Source: Diplonema japonicum (lineage: Eukaryota; Protista; Euglenozoa: Diplonemea). Taken from it: a stretch of DNA of 64,000 nt. Every line of letters begins with the position of its first letter. Positions within the stretch are counted from its first letter, which is position 1. Shown here one piece after another: positions 54,934 through 64,000 of the stretch. The position numbers and the translations under genes were made by a program. The stretch lies in NCBI GenBank assembly GCA_964019335.1, contig OZ025676.1, positions 496,001 through 560,000 of the forward strand, in the 5' to 3' direction. Under the pieces are notes generated by a model. That model was not told where the DNA came from. It ran no database searches and saw nothing but the letters and a program-made list of their open reading frames with translations.

Positions 54934-55258
54934 TGGGGCTTTGATTGCAACACTAGGTGGCGTTAAGCGTGCAACGAAGCACGAAATACCTACTTGATTA
55001 CAGGGGGCGCTCCTCGGCCGAGCAGTAGCTTCTTCTGCGTTCCGCGTCGTGTCCTTAATGCATGCGGTGTGCTCAACCCTAGCCGGGGCGTCCCGGGTAA
55101 CCAAGATTCTGCGCTCGTGCAGTTTGCTGCCTGTTCGTCACCCTGAGCATCTGCGATACGTTCTTCCACTCGGGCGCTACCGGTGATGACCGACGAGGAG
55201 GTCAACAGCGAACAACACATCTGATGTACTTCTTATATTTCCATGTTATCCCCACCAC
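54934..55258 (-). other. Long copy of the duplicated element; candidate structured ncRNA or SINE-like element
   Basis: GC-rich island with hairpins that need G-U pairs on the minus strand. Ends in an oligo-T run on the minus strand. Confidence 0.4.
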
Positions 55259-55522
55259 CAAAAAAAGAAGAAGAAAAAGAACCCTTTTCGCATTCCATTG
55301 TCATTTTTCGCAACAAGAAAAAATTGAGAATTGGGGCGATTGAAAGAAAAAAAACTTTTCTTCTTTTTTTTTTTTTTTTTTTGCTACTGATATTATCAAG
55401 CAGGAACCAGTTTTTTTTTATAGAGATCGGTGGCAGCGCATGGCACTGGCAACATTTTTTTTTTTAATTCGGTCGGTTCGTCATAAAAAAGAAGAACAAA
55501 AAAAAATAATAATAAGATAGAG

Positions 55523-55525
<3 letters not shown>

Positions 55526-55589
<64 letters not shown>
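55526..55589. repeat. 64-nt poly(A) homopolymer, the longest of many
   Basis: Read directly from the sequence. Confidence 0.9.
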
Positions 55590-55591
<2 letters not shown>

Positions 55592-56048
55592 TCAGGGAGA
55601 GAAAATTCTTTTTTTTGAAGGAAAAAAAAAAAAAAAAAAACTGCGTGAGTGGGTTGAAAGCTAAAGTGTTTTTTGCATTCCTTTTTTTTTCTCTCCCGTT
55701 CTCGGTCATTGCCCTAAATGGTGCCAAAAGGGGAATACCGTTTCTGCCTTAGCACAAGAAAAACGAGGGAGAGGGAGTAATCTAAATAAAAGGGGGGGGA
55801 AAGACCACTTTATAATGTGACAGGACTACTCAGCGATTGAGGATGCAGCGTGTCCCACCTATTGTTTCCTCCAAGATCGTCTAAACAACAGTAGACCGAA
55901 TCACACATAATAAGCAACCTCCCCCCCCCCCCCCCTTGTAGTTCATACTCATACAGGTAACGAACAAACAACAATTAAAAGAAGAAGAAAAAAATTACAA
56001 AAAAAAATTTTTTTTACAGATATCTTTTTTTTTTTTTTTTTTTTTTTT

Positions 56049-56657
56049 TCAACACGGAAGCTGGCCCTTGGGTTGTTGCTTCTCCCACTTATAGGCATTG
56101 ACAGAAAGACCTCTTGTAGGGAGCGGGGGAGGGACGGGCACTCTTTGTGTGATGTATGGATGCCCTGTGTAAGCACAGCATAAACAGGACACAATGAGTA
56201 AAGAAAGAAACAAGGCGGCAACCAGTGTTGAAGACATGATGGATGTCACAGGATGCACACATGGCCTCGGTGTGCCATAGGTGGGTTGTATTTCAGGAAG
56301 ATTTGGTGGGGGGGTAGGTTCTCTGTTCCCTTTCCCTTGGGACGGTATGTTAAAAGAGATCCTTCTGCTGCACTCAAAGCGTATATCTATATTGGTGCTT
56401 CCTGGCAGAGCTGTAAAGACAACTTTCTGTGTACCGAGGAACCTGCGTCGGGTGACAGCAGCACCGTCAACTTCCAGGCCTTCCCCCATAACCACCACAC
56501 CTGCTACTACATTAGGGCACTTCACGATCCAACATTTTTCTTCGTTTTTTTCCACCTGCCCTCGAAATATTATCTCCTTTTCCTTCTCCGTGACAACTAC
56601 GCACCCACTTCCCCTATCTACACAGAATCCTATTAATATTGTTATTATAGCCCACAT
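56049..56657 (-). CDS. Hypothetical small type I membrane protein
   Basis: Signal peptide, Cys-containing ectodomain, TM LVAALFLSLLIVSCLCC, Pro-rich tail. The 3' end may be spliced. Confidence 0.65.
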   Translation of the reverse strand: MWAIITILIGFCVDRGSGCVVVTEKEKEIIFRGQVEKNEEKCWIVKCPNVVAGVVVMGEGLEVDGAAVTRRRFLGTQKVVFTALPGSTNIDIRFECSRRISFNIPSQGKGNREPTPPPNLPEIQPTYGTPRPCVHPVTSIMSSTLVAALFLSLLIVSCLCCAYTGHPYITQRVPVPPPLPTRGLSVNAYKWEKQQPKGQLPC

Positions 56658-57611
56658 TGCATTTTTTTTCTTTTTTTTATAGGGGAAACGAAAGGGGGGG
56701 GGGGGGGGTTCCCCTCCTTTTTTTTAGTGTTTTATTTTATTTTAATAGGTCGGGGGGGGGAGAAATAAAAAATGAAAAATAAAAAATACCGTAAACCTCT
56801 GGAAGTAGTTACGACACACCCACCCCCCCCCCGCCCTGGAAAAAAAAGAAGAGAAACAATAAAAGTGGGGGGGGGGTTTCTTTTGTATTACGTGGGCACC
56901 TTTTAAAAATTTTAAATATAAGAGACAAAGGAGGCTTGTGTCGGTGGCGCCTTGTTTTTTTTCTTCTTTTTTTCTCTCCTCCAGGAAAAAAAAACAAAAC
57001 AAAAAAGTATTCCACACATTTTTTTTTATTTTTTTTTTACGGGAGTTAAGAGGGTTTACAGCAATAAAAAAAGGGGGAGGGGGCGACTAGAGACTGAACA
57101 AACCGTCTTTTTTATTTCATAAAAAATACGGTGGAGGGGGGGGAGGGGGTTTTTTTTTCCGGCTCACGCCTAAAATAAAGTACATCTCCCCCCTTTTTTT
57201 TCTCTTTTTTTGTTTGAAGGGTTTATGGGAAAGGAGAGGAAAATGGAGGAGGGCAACATCATTGCTTTATGTTCCTTTTTTTTTTTTTTTGAAAATTATG
57301 AGCAATAAAAAGAGTGAAGGGGGGTGTAGAAGGATAGGGAGGAGGGTTTGTATAAACAAGTGCCTGGGGGAAGAACATCCCCCCTTTTTTTTTTCTCTCA
57401 TAAAAAAACCCGAAACATTTTACTTCACGAAGAAGCTAGCTTTTTTTTTTTTTTGTTCCGAAAAAAAAGTCTCAGAACATATGCAGTGCTCTCGGCCGCC
57501 ACAGTAGCTCAGGGTAAAGAACAAGAAGAAAAAATAGCTAGGGCAAATAAAAATCTTTTTTTAAATGCCGGGGTGTAAAAAAGAAAAAAGTTTTCCCCCC
57601 CTTCTTCGGTG

Positions 57612-57646
<35 letters not shown>

Positions 57647-57649
57647 TAT

Positions 57650-59226
57650 GGCATCGTTTCAAAAAAACCCCCCCCAAAATGAGGCCAATTGACACTTTCA
57701 ATATTTCTCTAAGTACTTTTTCCCAAAGAAAAAAAATTCTACAACTTTCCCGGCCCAGGTTAGGAAAGAAAACACCCCAGAAAATGGGAAAGTGAGTGTT
57801 ACTAGTACCCAGAAAATTCAGTCCTAGGGGCAAAAATGGGTTTTTTCACATTGCACAAATTCAGTAAAAGAGGGAGTGACAAAAATGGATGCTTTTAAAC
57901 TTGCTGTTGAGAAGCTAGGGGTAAAAAAAAATGGTATTCGGACCGAGAAAGGGTAAATGGGAACACCACGGCGATCAGGACACTCGCCACAGAGGTTTTT
58001 GAGAAGCTCAGTGGCAACGACTGTGCTGCACTAGTTTGTGGCGTAGTGTGTAAAGGGGAACTTCTAGCGGCACTTCTGCTATCATTTTCTGGTTGATTTA
58101 GTAGCCAACAAGACACCACACGGCGCCAATTGGTCAGAGGCATGAGGCTTGACCACATCACACATGATGAAATAAGGGCAGCTGGCCTTACTGTTGGAAA
58201 AGTCTTGTTCCACAGTAGCATGGGCACAGAAAAAAATAAAGAAAAAAATGGATACTCTGGACTGACGGTGGGCGTCACTTTCGTGCAAAGGAATTTTGCT
58301 ACTTTGTTCTTTTTGGTCTTCGTTATGTATATCCCGATCGGACGTTTTCCCTGTGGTTTCTGGGGGAGAAACACGGCAAAAACAACAGGGACAGCCACTT
58401 TGGTGTGCTCTCTCGTGTTTGGTTTTGGGTGCCTCGTTCCACAACAATTAAAACTGTGGAACAAATAGCTAACATCACCAATACGATACGGTGCGCCGTG
58501 CATGTAGTTACTGATGTCTTTGGCCCGTACAAAAAGAAAATTCTTGAGTTTCCGGATTTTACAGGTGCATATGAGCTCAGGAGCACACCGGAGGGTGTAC
58601 TTGCTACGTGTGCGTCCACGAGCTAGAAAGAACTAAAGTACATCATCAAAGAACTCGATGCAGACAGGGCAGAGAAAAGGCCCCCAGTCTATGAATCTTG
58701 TGATGAGTATGAGGACGTTCCTGATAGCCTTCCAGGACTTGAAAAACGAGAAAGAATAGTAACCAAATTACAAAAATACTCGACACCCCATGACAAGCCC
58801 AAAGCACCAAGTACACCTACGAATGAGCCTCTTAAAACCCCCCAAAATGCGGTAGAAGGCCTAATAGTATGAAAAAGAAACGAGGTCGCCCACTCAGCAG
58901 CAGCACATCTCAGCCGCAGAAGACTAGGAAATGAAGGTTTCCACTTCCAACATCATTTCAGCCACCTTCTAGCAGTGAGTTCCGCTATTTCTTGCTATTG
59001 AAAGCATACTCTCTGACTTTACCAAAACCACTAAAACCCGATTTTTACCCTAAGACTGAATTTTTCATAGGTCAAAATAGCACCCTTGAGCGATTTCTGA
59101 CCCGGGTTCTTTCCTAATATGGGCCGGGAAATATGGAGAATTTTTTTTAAAGGGGGCGGCATGCCCAAAGATGCAACGAAAGTGTCAATTGGCCTCATTT
59201 TGGGGGGGGGTTTTTGAAATCGACCC
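57650..59226 (+). mobile_element. Unclassified decayed DNA transposon with ~195-bp imperfect TIRs, in a (TA)n site
   Basis: 57650-57845 is inverted at 59033-59226 (e.g. CCCCAAAATGAGGCCAATTGACACTTTC). GG..CC termini with (AT)n on both flanks. Frameshifted plus-strand coding remnant from 57885. Confidence 0.8.
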
Positions 59227-59495
59227 ATATATATATAATTGTGTGTAATTGGAAAAAAAGAAGAAGAAAAAAACGACGAAAGCAGGGGGAAAAAAAGAAG
59301 AAAAAAAAACCACGTTTTTTATTTGGGGTGTTAACAATATCTTTTTCCACTTTTTCGTCATTTTCTTCGCTCACTAAGGGCCTCAGTATTTAACGCTTCA
59401 GAGTGAAAAAAAAATGGGTCTCGCCGCGAAAAAAAAATGTACCCAACCCCTTGATTTTTTTTTTGGAGTGGGGGGATGGGGTATTTTTACTATTT

Positions 59496-61257
59496 TTAGC
59501 CATCTGAGGCCATTCCGGCCCTTAAAAGTGGGAAGGTCCCCTTAGAATGCCACGGCGAAATAGCCACCTCATATTCATAATTACCTTTGGGAAATCCCCA
59601 AAAAAAGCTGACCTGTCGTGTGAAATAAAACGACTTACTTGCAGCCAAATGAGCCACTGCGGGCCTTTTTTTTTTTTTTTTTTTTTTTTTTCCTTGAAAT
59701 ATCACGGCATAATTGTATGCAACTGCTTCTGAATTTCCTCGTCGTTGTTTATAAAATCACGTGCTTTAAGAGGGTCAGGCGTGACGCATCCAATCTGTTT
59801 TTTTTTTTTTTTTTTTTTTTTTTTTTCCAAACCTTAAAACACGCAAGCACAGGGCGATGATCTGATAACATAACATCAAACGACTTATAAGAACCTACAA
59901 CCTGCTGTACATACTTCAGCGGGACATTCACAGTCGATGCCAGCTCACACGGCGGGGACCCAGGAGGGGACAGCTCCACTGCTGTAATAACCGAAGGCCC
60001 TCTAGATATCACCGGCGATATAGAAGGATCAACATAAGCCTTACGGTCCTTATCCCGTTCTAAACACGAGAAAAATGAATCCTGCGTTGCGGGAGAGTTG
60101 AAACCAAGCTGGTTTTGATGGAGCAGATGCGAGGCAGGTGGCAATATAGCTGTGCTGAGGCTGCCCCTGGCGGACGGTTTTTCGTAATACAAAATGCGGT
60201 CGGTCCAAGCGGGTCGCCTCTTCGCGGAAAATTCGTTTGAGTTTAAAACATATTTGTAGGTTGGTGGGAAATTGATAACGCCCTCCTTCCACCCTAAGAA
60301 AACCTGATCTGAAAACAGCATTTGCTTCAGTTCATCGTGGTGAAGCAATGCAGGGTAGTTTGTCCGGCTTTCACCTTCGCTTCCTCGCCGTACTCGGTAG
60401 TTTAAATCACCAAACCAAAATGCGTAATCCACATCTTGCAGAACACCATTTTCATCGCTATTCTCGGTCCCGATCCGGCATGCTTTTGGTAGCTCGCTGG
60501 ATTGTACACCTTCCCAAACCATGTTTTTAAGGGAGGGTCGGGTTGTGCCGAATGTTAACCCAGACAGGATAGATTTGTAGCCTTTGTTGCGCTCTGTTTT
60601 TCTGTTTTCGTGCGCTTCCAAATGGCTGTTGACCAACAGAACTGTCCTTCCCTTTAAAGACACCCGGAGCGCAGCAGCTCCTTTGTTGGCGAGATTTCCT
60701 TGATACCCCACTTTGACACTTGCTGTTGATACAGAATGAACAGTGTGTTTCTCATGCACGAAAACCAACAACAACAGTCCCCCTATTGTACATGGTTCTA
60801 AAGGGGTGTAAACTGCCTTCTCTTGAATGATGGATTCTACGAAGGCAGACCATATGCTTCCCTTTGAGGATGAGGACTCGAGGAGGATTGTTGCTACAGA
60901 CATGTCGATTTCTTGGAGCCCGACGGCAAAGATGTCAGGGATGCAGTCGGCGTCTGCGAGAAGCCATTTTCTCAAACCCGTGTGATCGTTGAAGTTTGGT
61001 AGCTTTTCAGCAACGTTGAAGCTTGCCACTGCGACCGTTAGCTCTTCTCCTGATCCCCATACGTCTTCGCAGGATTGCAGTCTGTCCTCTACCATCCTGC
61101 CCAGCCCTTCGCGTTCAGCCTCAGTCGGTGTCTCCACTTTCTCCGGCGAAGAAGTATCAGAAGCAGGTGGTTGGTCGCCGCTATCACCTGTTGGAGGGGT
61201 CTTCGCCCTGCCGTTGTTTATCCCCAGCTTGTTCAGCACCCACCGAAGGCCTGTCAT
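59496..61257 (-). CDS. Second inositol polyphosphate 5-phosphatase
   Basis: SFNV, VGLQE, ANKGA, NSHLEAH, FWFGDLNYR, PPTYKY, PAWTDRIL, SDHRPV. Introns 59795-59832 and 59665-59705. Exact stop uncertain. Confidence 0.88.
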
Positions 61258-61516
61258 TTCATCTCCAATAATAATAATTTAAAAAAAAAAAAAAAATCAA
61301 CCCCCCTTCCTTTGAGAAATTAAGAAAATGCGGGTGAAAAAAGTTTTAAAAAAAAAAAAGGAAATATATTTTGCCCTTTTTTTACCCCTCTTTTTTTTTT
61401 TTTTTTTTCCCCTCTCCGTCTCTAAACGTTTAAATCCCTTTTCTAAAAATAAAAAGAATTAAGAAAAAAGATGCAAGAAGTGAATTTAAAAAAAAAAAAA
61501 TAATAATAATAAGAAC

Positions 61517-63010
61517 TCACCCGTCGAATTCCACCTGCGGTGCACGTGTTTCTCTCTTCGTGTAAAACGGGCCCTTTTCGGTCAGTAGCTCAATTTCGAG
61601 AATCTATTTGTGAATTTACTTTCTTTTTACCCCCCCCCCCCTTCACACCTCTTGGGAATCTCTGCCTTCTATAGAACCCTTGTTCCTGTGCAGATTTTGC
61701 AGCGCACCGAATTTGATTTCTTTGCACGTGTAGTCCATCTCGCAATCGACGTCTAAGAAGTAGTCCCACATCAGTTGGTCAAGGGACACATAAGCCACGA
61801 AGACAGAATGCTTGAGAGCAGCTGCAAGGAAACGCAAGCCCGCCTGCCGCACGGCCACAATCTGATGATTCCGGTGATCGAGAAGCTGTGCCATGTGTGG
61901 GAGCAGCACAGGACACACAGTCTCGACACTGATGGCAGAGGACTCAAGTATCGCTGCAATGGCGTGGAGGGAAATCTCAAGAAGATCCGGCTTGTTTTTA
62001 GGGACGATGAAGAAATCAGCGAACATCCCCGTCTGCGCTACCACGTGGGCAAGGCCCGGTTGTTGTGTGCAGATCCCGCCCAACGCCTCGATTTTCTTCT
62101 CTAAATTCCGGGACTTCACCACAGACTCCAGCCAGTTGGACCTGAGAGCGTGCACACAGTTCTCTTCAGAATGTTCCGCGAATCTCCCGATGAAACGGAT
62201 GGCGAAGTCCGAAGCAACATCGACAAGATCCTGTTCGGCGATTCTAATAATCCGCGTGCCGAGGCCTTTCCGAGTCCCGCAGAACCGTGCCCCCAACGGG
62301 CCCTTGGCAATAGTTTCAAGGATTTCAAGGTAGTTAAGGAGCATCAAGATGTCATCCCCCACTGTCTCAACACCATCAACCACAGCATCCAGGGCGCCGA
62401 TGGTCTCGAGGAAGGTGAAGAGGTCTGTGTCTGTGCCTGCTTTTTGGATCAGGACCTCAAGGATGCGTAAGGCTTCCACAGACCTTGTTTTGAACTTTTC
62501 TTGCAAACTGTCGACGATTTTCGTATGTGTGGTCAGGACGCTCCTCGAGAGGTGGTCGCCTAGAAGCCCCCCCAGGGTTCTCGCTGCGGTGAGGGACGTC
62601 GTGGGGTTGTCGTCGCACATCAGCGTCACAAGATGTTCCAAAAAATAGAATTTGTTCTCTTCTTGAAGTTTTACAATGTGTCCCGGGACACACACCTCAG
62701 CGAACACCATTGCCAGGGCTTGCCGTCCCTTCTGCGACCCGTTCTGCACTGTGGCTTCGACAACTTGGTTCATCGCTCCACCCAAGATGATGCTCGCCCC
62801 TACTTTAGTTCTGGACACTTCCTGCAGCACCCTTTCTGCGCTTGGTCCCACATCTCCTTCCCTTTCTAGTAGCTCTAATACAATCTTCAAATCGGTCATC
62901 AGTGCTTCAATGTACTCCTCCCGCCCCCCTCGCAAGCCCCGCACCAAGGCGTCCATCCCTGAAAGGACCTGCTTCGTGTCCGAGGACTTCAGTGCTTCGA
63001 TGTGTTCCAT
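61517..63010 (-). CDS. PSMD5: 26S proteasome assembly chaperone S5b/PSMD5-like ARM/HEAT protein (2 exons)
   Basis: Helical repeats with DDILMLLNYLEIL and E.DYTCKEIKF. Intron 61604-61648 adds the C-terminal KGPFY motif typical of PSMD5. Confidence 0.75.
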
Positions 63011-63172
63011 ATAGTTTTTAGTATTTTTTTTTTTTTTAATCCTTGCGGGGCAGATATGGATTTAACCACTTCAGAGAGAGGAATACTAACTGGCACTAAG
63101 GAGCACCTTCCCGGTAGGGGAACGGGAGGGAGAACAAAATAGTTGAGAGATTCCCCGGGTTTGCGAAAGTGC

Positions 63173-63505
63173 TTACGCCACAGCGTAGAGAGTGCGGCCT
63201 TGCTTCTTCAGGGCGAAGAGGATGTCAGCGGCACGCACGGTCTTCCTCCCTGTGAGCTCCAAGAGGGTCGCGGTGTCGGCCATCACCTTGTCCACGAAGG
63301 ACCTCAGGATGGTCCTCGCCTCGTCGTAGGCGCTCGCTGCGATCCTCTTGCACCCACCACGCCTGGCGATCCTCCTGATGCTCCCCTTCGTGATCCCACG
63401 GCTGCTGACCTTCGTGTTCCTCTTCCCACCACCACCCTTCGTCACATTCTTCGACTTCGAGGTCACTGACTTGCCCTTCGCGGAGGTCTTTCCTTGGCCG
63501 GCCAT
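63173..63505 (-). CDS. H4: Divergent histone H4 (variant)
   Basis: RGITKGSIRRIARRGGCKRI..RKTVRAADILFALKKQGRTLY. Confidence 0.9.
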   Translation of the reverse strand: MAGQGKTSAKGKSVTSKSKNVTKGGGGKRNTKVSSRGITKGSIRRIARRGGCKRIAASAYDEARTILRSFVDKVMADTATLLELTGRKTVRAADILFALKKQGRTLYAVA

Positions 63506-63924
63506 TGTTTTTTTTCTCTCTTTTTTGCTAAACCTTTACAATTACAAACGGGTGAACAAAGTAATAGGGGGAAAAAAAAAAAAAAAAAAAGCACGAAGGA
63601 AATTTATGGAGAGGTAATAAAACGAGGTATAAAAATAAAGAAATAAAACAGGGGGGAAACGGGAAGAAGAAGACATGAATTGCGCTCTAAACGCCCGTTC
63701 ATCAGGGAAGGGAGCACCTCGCCAAAGAGGGTAGCATGGAAAAGGTTTATCTGGCGAGGGAGATGCGGTGGGTTTTGTTTCTCTTCTTCTTCTTTTTTTT
63801 TTTTTTTTGTGTATTACAAAGAAATAAAATAAAGGCTAGCGAAAGGAATTTTTTTATTTTCAAAAGTAAGATTTTGTCTATTGGGGAGGGACTAAGGGGA
63901 ATAAAAAGACAAGTGGACAATGCT

Positions 63925-64000
63925 TCAGTACACTACAGCTGCCCTGTCGAACAGGACTCTTGACTGCCTCCAACACCTAGCAGCAAGCACTGCTGTGCAT
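63925..64000 (-). CDS. Possible 3' end of a gene that continues beyond the window
   Basis: Coding-like GC composition, open frame CTAVLAARCWRQSRVLFDRAAVVY*. Confidence 0.3.
   Translation of the reverse strand, partial: CTAVLAARCWRQSRVLFDRAAVVY

Noticed and set aside
54975-55010. U1 snRNA-like 5' end (ATACCTACTTG)
   Set aside because: It does not match ACTTACCTG, and there is no U1-70K loop or Sm site.
55070-55085. Telomerase RNA template (CAACCCTAG)
   Set aside because: It lacks a full CCCTAA repeat-and-a-half and lies on the strand opposite to the one favoured by G-U pairing.
614-61648. Non-canonical (non-GT-AG) euglenid-type introns
   Set aside because: Every interruption I could resolve has GT-AG ends.

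Overview
Eukaryotic (protist) nuclear DNA, most likely euglenozoan and diplonemid-like. That lineage call is an inference from strand organisation and from the kinetoplastid-like H4 and S24 sequences. All ~20 protein genes and a five-member C/D snoRNA cluster lie on the minus strand, forming one directional gene cluster. Spacers are full of A/T and G/C homopolymers, so most poly-K/poly-F ORFs in the track are artefacts. I reconstructed 19 GT-AG introns by hand. Eighteen are 31-60 nt and one is inflated by a transposon. Most start GTATG or GTGTG, many carry an A-tract instead of a polypyrimidine tract before the AG, and they sit mostly at gene 3' ends. Genes: FAS1-TM-SAM-sulfotransferase-like fusion, SMP-30/gluconolactonase, multipass-TM SRPK kinase, CCCH+qRRM protein, USP32-like DUB fused to FKBP/TPR-like domains, a 4707-aa intronless surface protein with DOMON domains, two inositol 5-phosphatases, eIF2B-gamma, zinc-finger and coiled-coil proteins, RPS24, a DHHC palmitoyltransferase, TM-UBL-thioredoxin, PSMD5 and a divergent histone H4. 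There are three decayed DNA transposons (pogo-like in an intron, a MULE with 9-bp TSD, an unclassified long-TIR element) and an unexplained duplicated structured element.
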